In this document: one piece after another, positions 23,108 to 33,125 of the stretch
Numbering within the stretch: the stretch's first letter is position 1
How the letters are laid out: each line of letters starts with the position of its first letter
DNA from: Nitrospirota bacterium
GTDB lineage: Bacteria; Nitrospirota; UBA9217
Direction: 5' to 3'
Assembly (NCBI GenBank): GCA_963741205.1
Contig: CAVUHW010000034.1
Span: 64,001 to 128,000 of the forward strand
Length of the DNA stretch: 64,000 nt
Program-made: the position numbers and the translations under genes
The notes under the pieces: generated by a model
Seen by the model: only the letters and a program-made list of their open reading frames with translations
Told to the model about the DNA's origin: nothing
Database searches by the model: none

Positions 23108-24040
23108 CTATTCCTGTTTGAAAGGCCCCCGAACCTTGCGTACGTCGGCCCAGATGTCCACGACGCCGAGGGCTATGACGAACACGATGGACGGCAGTGC
23201 GAGGATAAGAGCCATGATGAGCCCACGGATAAACGGCTTGATATGGGCCTTCAGGAGATAGTGCTCCACGATCGCGGCGCCCTGGGCGAGGTACACCACG
23301 GCGAAGATGATGGCGAGATTCCAGCCGATGAGCCGCATAGACTCCTGCGGCACCACGACGAGCGCGAGGGCCGCAATAAGGCCCCATACCCAGCTATCGG
23401 GAGCAAACCACGATGCGAAGGAAGGCCGGGCAATGGCGGGCGCGTTATCCGGTCTTCGCGCGATGATTGCGCGGGCAAGTCCATAGCAGCACGCCGCCTG
23501 CGTCACCGAGGTCGCCAGGGTAATGCTGGGGAGGAGACGCACAAGATAGTGAATGAAGGAGTCAGAGACCGCGTTGACGTAGGACGCCATTTCCGTCATG
23601 CCCAGGCCGGTATAAAATTTTGCCGCTTCGGCAAGGCTCCCCCGAAGGTATGCTTCCACCGCGGTCATAGGGTTTTTCCCGACGCGGATGAAATATAAGG
23701 AAAAAAGGAGGGCGGCCGCCGCCATGGGCAGGAGACCGCCCAGGAGTGCTATGCGCTCGGGTTTCATGTTCCTGCGCATGCCTTCGGCCGTTGCCGCGGC
23801 CATGAGGCCGAAACTGAAGAGGAAAACTGTCGCGGCCTGCCACCCACCGAGCAGGCCGGAGAGAAGGACCGACGCGAGGAGGGCGGCCGCGCCTTCACGT
23901 CTGCCGGTCCGGACGAAAACAACAATGAGCGGCACCGGCGCGAACAGGGCGAGTACCTGTCCGGCCACGGGAATAATAAAGGCCGCGGCGTAGAGCCCCA
24001 CGGTCTGTATCGCGGCGAGAAAGACCGCTCTGTAGTTCAT
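23108..24040 (-). CDS. YybS/DUF2232 membrane protein
   Basis: Multi-TM protein with YLAQG and LGVVDIWADVR, downstream of rpsR. Confidence 0.85.
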   Translation of the reverse strand: MNYRAVFLAAIQTVGLYAAAFIIPVAGQVLALFAPVPLIVVFVRTGRREGAAALLASVLLSGLLGGWQAATVFLFSFGLMAAATAEGMRRNMKPERIALLGGLLPMAAAALLFSLYFIRVGKNPMTAVEAYLRGSLAEAAKFYTGLGMTEMASYVNAVSDSFIHYLVRLLPSITLATSVTQAACCYGLARAIIARRPDNAPAIARPSFASWFAPDSWVWGLIAALALVVVPQESMRLIGWNLAIIFAVVYLAQGAAIVEHYLLKAHIKPFIRGLIMALILALPSIVFVIALGVVDIWADVRKVRGPFKQE

Positions 24041-24142
24041 GGGCATCTCCAAAAAAAGGGGAAACCCAGGTCATAATGTGGCAACCTCGAGTTTCCCCTG
24101 AATGGTGAAATCTGTAAGGGAGGGCGCTCGGACCCGGCCCGC

Positions 24143-24496
24143 TTATTTCTCGCCGGAAAAGGGAATGAGCGCGATGTTCCTGCACCGCTGGACCGCAACG
24201 GTGACCTCTCTCTGGTGCCGGGCGCAGTTGCCGGAGATGCGTCTGGGCAGGATTTTGCCCCGCTCGGTGATGAAAAACCGGAGCGTCTTGACGTCCTTGT
24301 AATCGATGAAGGGCGATTTATCCACGCAGAAGCGGCATACCTTCTTGCGGACCTGGAACCTTCTCCGCTTGTCGCCGCCCGCGCGTCCGCGGTCATCTCT
24401 ATCGCCTCTGCCTCGTGAATCGGGTCCTCTGTCCCCTGATCTCGGGGGACCTGACGGTCTCGATGGACCTGATGATCTTGCCTGAAACTCTGCCAT
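24143..24496 (-). CDS. rpsR: 30S ribosomal protein S18 (zinc-ribbon form) with R/G/P-rich N-terminal extension
   Basis: [34 protein letters not shown]. Confidence 0.97.
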   Translation of the reverse strand: MAEFQARSSGPSRPSGPPRSGDRGPDSRGRGDRDDRGRAGGDKRRRFQVRKKVCRFCVDKSPFIDYKDVKTLRFFITERGKILPRRISGNCARHQREVTVAVQRCRNIALIPFSGEK

Positions 24497-24552
24497 AATA
24501 GTTACTCCTCTTAGGAATTGTTTATGCGCGTATGATGCTCAGCCCGGGCGTC

Positions 24553-24972
24553 TCAAAAGGGAATATCTCCCTCGTCCACCGGGGCCTCGGGCGCTGGTTC
24601 GGCATGGCCGTGTCCCTGGCCCTGTCCTTGCCCGCCGCCTGACGAGCGCTTCGGCATGAAGTTGACGGACTGGGCTACCACCTCGATTTTGTTCCGTTTC
24701 TGCCCGTCTTCGGTTTCCCAGCGCCGCTGCTGGAGCCTGCCGTCGATCAGGACGGAGTCTCCCTTGTTGATGTACTGGCCGCAGGATTCCGCCTGTTTTC
24801 CGAAGACGACGATGTCGATGTAGCTGACCTCTTCCTTGGTCTCGTCACCCTGTTTGTACTTGCGGTTGACCGCAATGGCAAAACTCGCCACGGCGATGCC
24901 GTTCGGGGTGTACCGGACTTCGGGATCGCGGGTCAGATTGCCCAGCAGGATTACCTTGTTGAAGCTCGTCAT
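24553..24972 (-). CDS. ssb: single-stranded DNA-binding protein
   Basis: NKVILLGNLTRDPE, C-terminal DIPF. Confidence 0.98.
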   Translation of the reverse strand: MTSFNKVILLGNLTRDPEVRYTPNGIAVASFAIAVNRKYKQGDETKEEVSYIDIVVFGKQAESCGQYINKGDSVLIDGRLQQRRWETEDGQKRNKIEVVAQSVNFMPKRSSGGGQGQGQGHGHAEPAPEAPVDEGDIPF

Positions 24973-25012
24973 CGCGTTACCTCATGGGGCGGCCGGAAGG
25001 CCGCAGCCAAAC

Positions 25013-25096
25013 TAGATGCTTGATATCGGATGCTGGATGAACGCGGCTAATGTCGCGTACGGATCAGTTTATCGAGCATCAAGCATCCACTATCCG
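25013..25096. repeat. heptamer-period inverted repeat between rpsF and ssb
   Basis: GATGCTT/GATGCTG arm facing GAGCATC/AAGCATC arm. Confidence 0.6.
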
Positions 25097-25119
25097 GCTC
25101 ATAGGGTTGTCCCTTGCGA

Positions 25120-25494
25120 TCAGCTTTGCGTCTGAGCCTGACCGCCCTCTGCTGCTGCCTTGGCTAAGTCCTTTTTCTTCGGTTTCGGCGGCGCTTTGAC
25201 GCGCAGTTCCTTCTCAAGCTTAACCGTGATGAACTTGATGACAGCGTCCGTCATTTTATAGGTGCGCTCGAGTTCGGCAACTGCAGCCGGGGCCGACTTG
25301 AACTGAAAGAAGGCATAGTGGCCGCGCTTCTGCTTCTTGATCTCGTAGGCCAGCTTTTTCTTGCCCCAGTCCTCGAACTTGAGCATTTCTCCGCCCTGTT
25401 TCGTGACAACATCCTGCATTTTCTTGATAACATTGGCGATCTCTTCATCGGTGATGTTGGCGTTGACGATGAAGATAGATTCGTAAATCGGCAT
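25120..25494 (-). CDS. rpsF: 30S ribosomal protein S6
   Basis: YESIFI, WGKKKLAYEIKK, GHY. Confidence 0.97.
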   Translation of the reverse strand: MPIYESIFIVNANITDEEIANVIKKMQDVVTKQGGEMLKFEDWGKKKLAYEIKKQKRGHYAFFQFKSAPAAVAELERTYKMTDAVIKFITVKLEKELRVKAPPKPKKKDLAKAAAEGGQAQTQS

Positions 25495-25504
25495 GGAGTG
25501 TTCC

Positions 25505-25612
25505 CTCCTTATGGGTTATAGCCCTTCCCACTATAAAGCCTCCTTTTCCGTTGTCCTATCCCACGAGGGGAGAGGGGTGAGGGGAGTTTATTGAATGGGA
25601 AGAGCAAGGAGT
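25505..25612 (-). ncRNA. S6:S18 ribosomal protein leader RNA
   Basis: Minus strand ACTCCTTGCTCTTCCCA...TGGGAAGGGCTATAA-CCC-ATAAGGAG: an anti-SD stem pairs with the RBS and carries an unpaired CCC, as in known rpsF leaders. Confidence 0.65.
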
Positions 25613-25747
25613 AATCCCGCGTGTTGTGCCATCGGGAATCGACCTTACTCATTTTGGGAAGTAGAACATTATCATAGGCAGGTCGGAAAATCAAGCCTTT
25701 TCTCTCGTTGTTTTTGCGACTCTGCCACGATCACGACGCGCTGTTAT

Positions 25748-26319
25748 CAAACGCGCCGTAAAACCCCGTCCTTGTCCGCGATGCAGACGCTCGTGGCGTC
25801 TCCACGATCATCGTGGGGGACCTTAAGGACATCAGAGACGGCAAAGACTGGGGAGACAGTGGGAACCAGAAGTTCCACAAATGGCCGTTCGATAGAATCA
25901 TCAAGATGATCACCTACAAGGCCAGAATGAAGGGTATCCGCGTTGTTACAGAAACCGAGGAATACACAAGCCAAACCTGCTGCGTGTGTGGGGTAAGGCA
26001 AAAGTCCAATCGTGTCCATCGGGGCCTCTATGTGTGTAACAAATGCGGAGCCGTGATCAACGCTGACGTGAACGGCGCAGTAAACATCCTTACAAGGTAT
26101 CTCCCGGGACAGATAAGTGCTCCCTGGAGTAGTGGCTGTTTGGCACAGCCTGCGGTCAACCGGTTTGCCTGGAGAAAAACCAGGCCAGCAGTATTAGCCC
26201 ATAAACCGGGGACGTGGCACACATCCCTGCCGCAACCGCGAACGGAATCAGTAGTGGCCCTTACGGCAGTAAGAGTCTGATTCGGGAATCTCCAGCCTTC
26301 AGGCCGGGGAGGATGTCAA
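25748..26319 (+). mobile_element. internally deleted relative of the 6736-8227 IS (572 bp; tnpB 3' fragment plus omegaRNA/right end)
   Basis: Preceded by TTAT. Left end CAAACGCGCCGTAAAACCCCGTCCTT joins directly to sequence matching 7678 onward. Same right-end hairpin and TCAA terminus. Confidence 0.9.
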
Positions 26320-26331
26320 GAGTATTTTTTA

Positions 26332-26360
26332 TTGACAAAACCTGCATACTGTTCTATTAT
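26332..26360 (+). promoter_or_regulatory. sigma70 promoter of the alaC-hom operon
   Basis: TTGACA-17 bp-TATTAT. Confidence 0.7.
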
Positions 26361-26422
26361 CCTTTTTACTTTTAAATTGAGCGGTTAGCAGTATAATTTC
26401 TTTAAAAAAGAAAGGGTTATCA

Positions 26423-27595
26423 ATGCCCGAGCAGTTCGGCAGGATCAAGAGACTGCCGCCCTATGTTTTTGCGATTGTCAACACGATGAAGATCGAAGCG
26501 CGCAGGCGCGGCGAGGACATCATTGATCTCGGGATGGGCAATCCTGACCAGGGTACGCCGCAGCATATTGTCGACAAGTTGATCGAGGCTGCACGGAATC
26601 CCAAGAATCACCGCTATTCCGCGTCCAAGGGCATCACCAAACTGCGCACTGCCGTCTGCGACTGGTACAAAAGGCGCTATGACGTTGATCTCGACCCCGA
26701 ATCCGAGACCGTGGTTACCATCGGCTCCAAGGAGGGGCTGTCCCATCTCGCGCTTGCCACGGTCGAACCGGGCGACGTGGTGCTCACCACCACGCCGGCC
26801 TATCCCATTCATCCCTATGCCGTGATTATCGCGGGCGGCGAGGTGCGCTCCATTCCGCTTCGCAAAGACAGCGATTTCTTCTTTGACATGCAGGAGGCCT
26901 ACAAGAACACCTGGCCACGGCCAAAGATGCTGATCATCAATTTCCCGAACAACCCGACCACTACGGTCGTGGACGCGGCTTTTTTCCAAAAGATCGCCGA
27001 CTTTGCCCATGAAAACAATATCATCGTAGTCCACGATCTGGCCTATGCGGACCTGAACTTTGACGGCTACCGGGCGCCGAGCTTTCTCCAGGCAAAGGGC
27101 GCGAAGGATGTGGGGGTGGAGTTTTTCAGCCTCACGAAGAGTTATAATATGGCAGGCTGGCGCGTCGGCTTCTGCTGCGGCAACAAGGACGTAGTCGGCG
27201 CGCTCATCAAGATCAAGAGCTACCTGGACTACGGTATGTTTCAGCCCATCCAGATCGCGTCGATCATCGCGCTGAACGGGCCGCAGGAATGCGTGGGCGA
27301 GATAACGGACATGTACCGCTCACGGCGCGACGTGCTCATCGACGGTCTGGATAAGGCAGGTTGGAAGATCGACAAGCCCAAGGCCACCATGTTCGTTTGG
27401 GCCGAGATCCCGGAGCCGTTCAGGAAGATGGGGTCCATCGAGTTTTCAAAGCACCTGATCAAAGAGGCGAAGGTCGCGGTGTCGCCGGGCATCGGTTTCG
27501 GCGAATACGGCGACAGTCACGTACGCTTCGCGCTCATCGAGAACGAACACCGCCTCCGCCAGGCGGCGAAGGGGATCAAGCAGGCGCTGCAATAG
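26423..27595 (+). CDS. alaC: class I/II PLP aminotransferase, AlaC-like
   Basis: [49 protein letters not shown]. Confidence 0.85.
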   Translation: MPEQFGRIKRLPPYVFAIVNTMKIEARRRGEDIIDLGMGNPDQGTPQHIVDKLIEAARNPKNHRYSASKGITKLRTAVCDWYKRRYDVDLDPESETVVTIGSKEGLSHLALATVEPGDVVLTTTPAYPIHPYAVIIAGGEVRSIPLRKDSDFFFDMQEAYKNTWPRPKMLIINFPNNPTTTVVDAAFFQKIADFAHENNIIVVHDLAYADLNFDGYRAPSFLQAKGAKDVGVEFFSLTKSYNMAGWRVGFCCGNKDVVGALIKIKSYLDYGMFQPIQIASIIALNGPQECVGEITDMYRSRRDVLIDGLDKAGWKIDKPKATMFVWAEIPEPFRKMGSIEFSKHLIKEAKVAVSPGIGFGEYGDSHVRFALIENEHRLRQAAKGIKQALQ

Positions 27596-27723
27596 CATAA
27601 TCTATTTTCAAAATCCGTAAATCAGAAAAAATGTCAAATTTCAGTATTGATTGATTTCGATCATTCGAATTTGTCCCGTGTTTGGCGTTTCGAATTCAGG
27701 GTTTGAATAACAAGGTGGATGAA

Positions 27724-29089
27724 ATGACATCAAAGAAATCAGTCAACGTCGGCATCATCGGTTTCGGCACCGTGGGCACGGGTACGGCGCGCATCCTTAT
27801 CGAGAACGCGGACATCATCCGGCGCAGGCTGGGCGTGCCCGTCGTTCTGAAGAAGATATCGGACCTCGATATTAAGAGGGACCGGGGCATCAAACTGGGC
27901 GAGGTCAAGCTGACGACCGATGCGAAGGAAGTCATCGGAGACCCGGACATAGACGTCGTGGTCGAGCTCATCGGCGGATATAAGCCGGCCAAGGAGTTCA
28001 TCCTCGAGGCGATCAGGAACAAGAAGCACGTGGTCACGGCGAACAAGGCGCTTTTAGCCGTCCACGGCGAGGAGATCTATGCCGCCGCGGAAAAATCCCG
28101 CGTGACCGTGGGGTACGAGGCCTCGGTGGCCGGCGGCATCCCGATCCTGGCGGCAGTCAGGAGCGGTCTCGCCGCCAATAACATCAAGTCCATCTACGGT
28201 ATCGTAAACGGCACCTGCAATTATATCCTGACGCTCATGACCAACGCGGGCAGGAAGTTTGATGAGGTGCTTCGCGAGGCCCAGGCCAAGGGGTACGCCG
28301 AGGCGGACCCGACCTTCGATATTGAAGGCATCGACTCGGCCCACAAGCTCGCGGTCCTCACGATGCTCGCCTACGGCACGCCGGTGAAGTTTACTGACAT
28401 CTACACCGAGGGAATATCGAAGATCACGCCGCTTGATATCGATTTCGCGAGGGACCTCGGGTACAAAATCAAGCTCCTCGCCATAACCAAGATGGCGAAT
28501 GGAGAAATTGAGGCGCGGGTGCATCCAACCATGCTCCCCGAAGAATATCCCATCGCAACGGTGGACGGCGTGTTCAACGCCCTTTCGGTCGTCGGCGACG
28601 CCGTCGGCTCGACCATGTTTTACGGAAGGGGAGCGGGGGACATGCCGACCGGCAGCGCCGTGGTGAGCGATATCATCGACATCGGCCGGGACGTGCTCGC
28701 AGGCTGCGCGGACCGTTCTCCGGTGACTGCGTTCCGGGATCGTTCACCGCTCAAGATACGAAAGATGGACGATATCACGTCCTGCTACTATCTCCGGTTC
28801 TCGGCCATGGATCAAGCCCGGCGTGCTGTCGCGGATCACCGGCGTTCTTGGAAAGAACAACATCAGCATCTCCTCGATGATCCAGAAGGGGCGAAAGGTC
28901 GATGAAGCGGTGCCCGTGGTGATGATGACCCATGATGCCGTGGAACGCGATGTCCGCAAGGCGCTTGACGAGATCAATAGAATGGATTGCGTGTCCGGCG
29001 CTACGGTCGTGATCAGGGTGGAAGAGGGGACAACAGGCATAAATGGGGAATGCGGAATGCGGAACGAGAGGCGGCGACCGCAGGTCTAA
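27724..29089 (+). CDS. hom: homoserine dehydrogenase with C-terminal ACT domain, frameshift near 28815
   Basis: GFGTVG, VVTANKALL, EASVAGGIP, GYAEADPTFD, ACT PGVLSRITGVLG. Confidence 0.95.
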
Positions 29090-29127
29090 ATTTATTCCGC
29101 ATTCCAAATTCGCCATTTCAGCATTCG
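29043..29127. repeat. heptamer-period inverted repeat overlapping the hom 3' end
   Basis: ATGCGGA tandem arm facing TTCCGCA/TTCAGCA arm. Confidence 0.65.
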
Positions 29128-29136
29128 GAGGTTTCC

Positions 29137-29421
29137 ATGGCCGACGAAATCAAGATAGACAAAACCCTCGACATCAAAGGCCAGGTCTGCCCGTATACCT
29201 TTGTCCGCTCCAAGCTGGCAATTGAAAAGATGAATCTCGGCGAGGTGCTCGAGATCGTCACGGACCACAAACCGGCCTCGGAAAATGTTCCCCGGAGCAT
29301 GGAAAATGAGGGACAAAAGGTCCTGAAAATCGATCAGACCACTGAAAAAGAGTGGCATATCTTCGTCCGGAAGGACAAGGAAGAAGAAAAAGACCGTAAG
29401 ACAGTTGTCAGCCACGGATGA
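29137..29421 (+). CDS. TusA/SirA-family sulfurtransferase
   Basis: LDIKGQVCPYTFVRSKLA, ENVPRS. RBS GGAGG. Confidence 0.9.
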   Translation: MADEIKIDKTLDIKGQVCPYTFVRSKLAIEKMNLGEVLEIVTDHKPASENVPRSMENEGQKVLKIDQTTEKEWHIFVRKDKEEEKDRKTVVSHG

Positions 29422-29464
29422 CCCGACAACGTCGGGACCAGTGGTTGCATCTAAGGGGTTTACC

Positions 29465-30269
29465 ATGGAATTCACCGAAGACCAGATATTGCGCTACAGC
29501 AGGCACATCCTGCTCCCCGAGGTCGGGGGCGATGGGCAGGAAAAGATCCTGAACGCGAAGGTCGTGCTCGTCGGCGCCGGCGGGCTCGGCTCTCCGGTAG
29601 GGTACTATCTCGCCGCCGCGGGAGTCGGCACGATCGGCGTGATCGACAACGACCGCGTGGAGATATCGAACCTCCAGCGCCAGATCGCGCACAACACGAG
29701 CAGGCTCGGCGTGCTTGAAGGCGGATTCGGCGAAAGAGACCTACGAGACGCTGAACCACGACGTGAAGGTGGTAACCCATAAGGAGCGGCTCACGTCCGC
29801 GAACATCATGGGCATCATCAAGGACTACGATATCGTCGTGGACGGGAGCGACAATTTCCCGACCCGCTACCTCGTCAATGACGCCTGCGTGATGCTCAAG
29901 AAAACGCTGGTGAGCGCGGCCGTCTTCCGGTTCGAGGGCCAGGTGATGACCATCGTTCCGGGCCAGGGGCCGTGTTACCGCTGCCTGTTCGAGGTCCCGC
30001 CCCCGCCCGGCATGGTGCCGTCCTGCCAGGAAGCGGGCATCCTGGGCGTGGTGACAGGCGTGATCGGGACAATCCAGGCCACGGAAGTGATCAAGTCCAT
30101 TCTCGGCATCGGCAATCTTCTCAAGGGGAAACTTCTTCTCTGGAACGCGCTCGATATGAGTTTTCGCACGGTCAAGGTGCCCCGGAACAAGGAATGCCCG
30201 GTCTGCGGGGAACACCCGACGATTACCGAACTGATCGATTACGAGTGGTTCTGTTCGATGAGCCACTAG
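29465..30269 (+). CDS. ThiF/MoeB/MoeZ E1-like adenylyltransferase without rhodanese domain, frameshift near 29715
   Basis: RYSRHILLPEVG, GAGGLGSP, SNLQRQ, DGSDNFPTRY, CYRC, SCQEAG, CPVC. Confidence 0.92.
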
Positions 30270-30271
30270 GA

Positions 30272-30407
30272 AATGCGGATTGCGAATATCACCCTGCACT
30301 CGCGCTAGGCACTCGTAAACGCTGGGCGCAGGCGGATTGCAGATTTGAATCAGGGGACCGGCACGGTCTTTCCGCGGTTTCATTCCGCCATCTGAAATTC
30401 GTAATCA
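30272..30407. repeat. heptamer-period inverted repeat
   Basis: TGCGGAT/TGCGAAT/TGCAGAT units facing TTCCGC/ATTCGTA units. Confidence 0.5.
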
Positions 30408-30414
30408 ATGATCA

Positions 30415-30836
30415 ATGTTGATTTTCAAGAAATCCGATATGCAGGCCATCTTCGACCATTGCATCGCGGGTCTCCCGAATGAAGCCTGCGGTATCCTTGC
30501 GGGTAACAAGGAGAGGGTGGAAAAGGTATACACGATTACGAACGCGAAACCGGGCCCGGCCTACTACGAAATGGACCCGGTGGAGCAGTTCAGGGTCATG
30601 ACGGATCTTCGCCGGGCAGGCTTCGCGATGATTGGCACGTTCCATTCCCACCCAACCGGTCAGGCTTATCCGTCCAGTGTAGATATTCAGAAGGCTTACT
30701 GGACCGGGACAACGTTGCCAAACTATCCCGATGTGGTATATGTGATCGTTTCGCTCCTTGACCGCGCCGCTCCCGTCGCCAAGGGTTACTTCATCAGGAA
30801 GGAACGATCAGTGAAGTCCCGTTGTCCGTGGAATAG
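30415..30836 (+). CDS. JAB/MPN+ (M67, Mec+/HcyD-like) metallopeptidase, probable frameshift near 30800
   Basis: PNEACGIL, HSHP..YPSSVD JAMM motif. Confidence 0.92.
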
Positions 30837-30963
30837 CCGTATCTGCCGCATGATAGAAAACTCGCCGCAGATTTCTCAGACGACGCGGAGTCTAAGCACC
30901 AGGGTTCATTCTCTGAAATCTGAACATTCATAGAAGATTCGATTCTCCCGGGAGGACTGATTC

Positions 30964-31239
30964 ATGGCGATCAAAGTAAGAATACCGACCCCGCTGCAGA
31001 AACTCACGAACGGCAAGGCCGAGGTCGAGTGCATCGCGAAAAACATCAATGAACTGGTCGATGCGCTTGAGAAGGACTTTCCGGGCATGAAGGAGCGGCT
31101 GTCGGACGGCGGCAAGATCAGGCGGTTCATCAATATTTATGTGAACGAAGAGGATATCCGGTTCGAGAACAAGGAAGAGACCACTCTCAAGGACGGCGAT
31201 AGCGTCTCTATCGTCCCGGCTATTGCAGGCGGCTGCTGA
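30964..31239 (+). CDS. MoaD/ThiS/CysO-like sulfur carrier ending GG-C
   Basis: VRIPTPL, RFINIYVNEEDIRF, SIVPAIAGGC*. Confidence 0.93.
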   Translation: MAIKVRIPTPLQKLTNGKAEVECIAKNINELVDALEKDFPGMKERLSDGGKIRRFINIYVNEEDIRFENKEETTLKDGDSVSIVPAIAGGC

Positions 31240-31357
31240 GGAAGAATCAGTTTATCGCTGATTGCTCACATCTGATAGCAGTTGCCATGAACGATGGGCC
31301 ACAGGCCAAGAGCCCTGTACATCGCGAACTTTGCGGCGAGCAGGTTAAGGAGGCACC

Positions 31358-31600
31358 ATGGCAACGAAGAGGCTCAAGCTGACCTTTCCACAGGAACTGA
31401 TCAAGGAACCCGTGATTTTCATGATGGCCAGAAAATTCGACGTGATGCCGAATATCCGGCGTGCCAAGGTTACCGAAAGCGTGGGAGAGGTAATCCTGGA
31501 ACTGGAAGGGGCTGAGAACAAACTTGAAGAGGGCATCGCCTTTCTCAAGGAACGGGGTATCAAGGTCGAAACAGTCGAATGGGACCCGGAGAATTCCTGA
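31358..31600 (+). CDS. stand-alone NIL-domain protein
   Basis: LTFPQELIKEPVI..PNIRRAKV..GEVILELEG..FLKERGIKVE. Confidence 0.85.
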   Translation: MATKRLKLTFPQELIKEPVIFMMARKFDVMPNIRRAKVTESVGEVILELEGAENKLEEGIAFLKERGIKVETVEWDPENS

Positions 31601-31637
31601 AGAACGGCGGCGATTCAAGCGGTTTTCTCCAGGGAGC

Positions 31638-31740
31638 CGTCATTCCCGAGGGTTTCTATCCCCGATAGGCTCGTTCGGGATGAATCTGGTTTTTTTAACT
31701 CACTATCCCTGATAAAGGCCCCGATAGAACCATTCGAGAG
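31638..31740. repeat. degenerate GTCATTCCCG-class palindromic repeat
   Basis: CGTCATTCCCG start and CCCCGATAG motifs shared with 39014-39207. Confidence 0.55.
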
Positions 31741-31811
31741 CAAGATTCGGGGCCTGCCGCCGGATGAAGTAAGCAGGGGATAACTATTTGGTTGCGGCTG
31801 GAGGCCGCGCT

Positions 31812-33035
31812 ATGAAATACATCATCTTATTGGGAGACGGCATGGCCGACAGGCCGCATGAAGGACTGGGCGGCAAGACGTGCCTGCAGGCGGCAAGGAC
31901 GCCGAACCTCGATCTCCTGGCATCGCAGGGGCAGGTCGGGATGGTCCACACGATCCCGCCCGGGTTTCCACCGGGCAGCGACGTGGCCAATCTTACGGTC
32001 ATGGGGTATGATCCCCGGCGGTATTACAGCGGCCGGTCGCCGCTCGAGGCCGCGAGTATCGGAGTGGAACTCGGCCCCAGCGATGTCGCATTTCGGTGCA
32101 ATCTCGTGACGCTGCGTATCTCGGGCGGCAAATCCGGGGGTGCGCACCACAAGGCGATCATGGAGGACTTCAGCGCCGGCCATATCTCTACCCAGGAGGC
32201 GCACCTGCTGATTGAGGAGATCGACAGCAAACTCGGCAGCGACCGGATCCGTTTTTATCCCGGCGTGAGTTACCGTCACCTCATGGTTTGGAAAGGCGGG
32301 AAGGACCGGATGGAATGCACCCCCCCGCACGATATCCAGGATAAGGATATCCAGGACTATCTCCCGCGCGGCGAAGGCGATGAGACCATCAATGCCCTCA
32401 TGGAATCGTCGCTGGAGTTTCTCGCAGGCCATCCGGTGAACAGGAAGCGGCAGGAAGCCGGCAAGCGCGTGGCGAACAGCATCTGGCTCTGGGGCCAGGG
32501 AAGGCGTCCGCAAATGCCGACCTTCCGGGAGAAGTATGGTCTCGAAGGGGCCATGATCTCTGCCGTGGACCTCACGAAGGGCATCGGCATCTACGCGGGT
32601 TTCGAAGTTGTCGACGTGCCCGGCGCGACAGGATGGCTCGACACCAATTACGTGGGCAAGGCGGAGCATGCGCTTTGGGCCCTCAAGACCAAGGACATCG
32701 CTTATGTTCATGTCGAGGCGCCCGATGAGGCGGGTCATACCGGCGACCTCAAGAACAAGATCAAGGCGATAGAGGATTTTGACGAGTTCATCGTCGGCAA
32801 TATTATTCACGGTATGAAGCAGTTCGATGAGTACCGTATCCTGGCTCTTCCGGATCACCCGACCCCGATAGAGATCAGGACGCATTCGAACGAACCGGTG
32901 CCCTTCGTGATCTACGATAACAGGAAAGAGCGCACGGGTGAGCCGGTGACCTACGACGAGAAAATTGCTGAACGCAAGGACGCCCTGATGTTCACCGAGG
33001 GGCATACCTTGATGGATTATTTTTTGAAGGGATAA
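31812..33035 (+). CDS. apgM: ApgM-type cofactor-independent phosphoglycerate mutase family protein (proposed homoserine kinase in this context)
   Basis: GDGMAD, PGSDVAN, HVEAPDEAGH, PDHPTP..TH. Located between hom and lysC. Confidence 0.88.
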   Translation: MKYIILLGDGMADRPHEGLGGKTCLQAARTPNLDLLASQGQVGMVHTIPPGFPPGSDVANLTVMGYDPRRYYSGRSPLEAASIGVELGPSDVAFRCNLVTLRISGGKSGGAHHKAIMEDFSAGHISTQEAHLLIEEIDSKLGSDRIRFYPGVSYRHLMVWKGGKDRMECTPPHDIQDKDIQDYLPRGEGDETINALMESSLEFLAGHPVNRKRQEAGKRVANSIWLWGQGRRPQMPTFREKYGLEGAMISAVDLTKGIGIYAGFEVVDVPGATGWLDTNYVGKAEHALWALKTKDIAYVHVEAPDEAGHTGDLKNKIKAIEDFDEFIVGNIIHGMKQFDEYRILALPDHPTPIEIRTHSNEPVPFVIYDNRKERTGEPVTYDEKIAERKDALMFTEGHTLMDYFLKG

Positions 33036-33040
33036 ATAAT

Positions 33041-33111
33041 TTACCACGAAGGCACCAAGTCACCAAGTAAGTCTTAAGATTTTCCTAGTGTCTTCGTGTC
33101 TTTGTGGTGAA
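33041..33111. repeat. 8/9-nt-period inverted repeat
   Basis: ACCACGAAGGCACCAAGTCACCAAG facing CTAGTGTCTTCGTGTCTTTGTGGT. Confidence 0.7.
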
Positions 33112-33125
33112 AACGGAGGAAGTAA

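Noticed and set aside
29465-31239. E1/JAB/ubiquitin-like genes as an anti-phage conjugation system (CBASS/Bil type)
   Set aside because: No E2, cyclase or effector is present. TusA, NIL and the amino-acid operon context indicate sulfur transfer.
31237-31275. TGA after the carrier's GGC as a second selenocysteine
   Set aside because: No SECIS-like hairpin follows and the read-through peptide is short and unconvincing.
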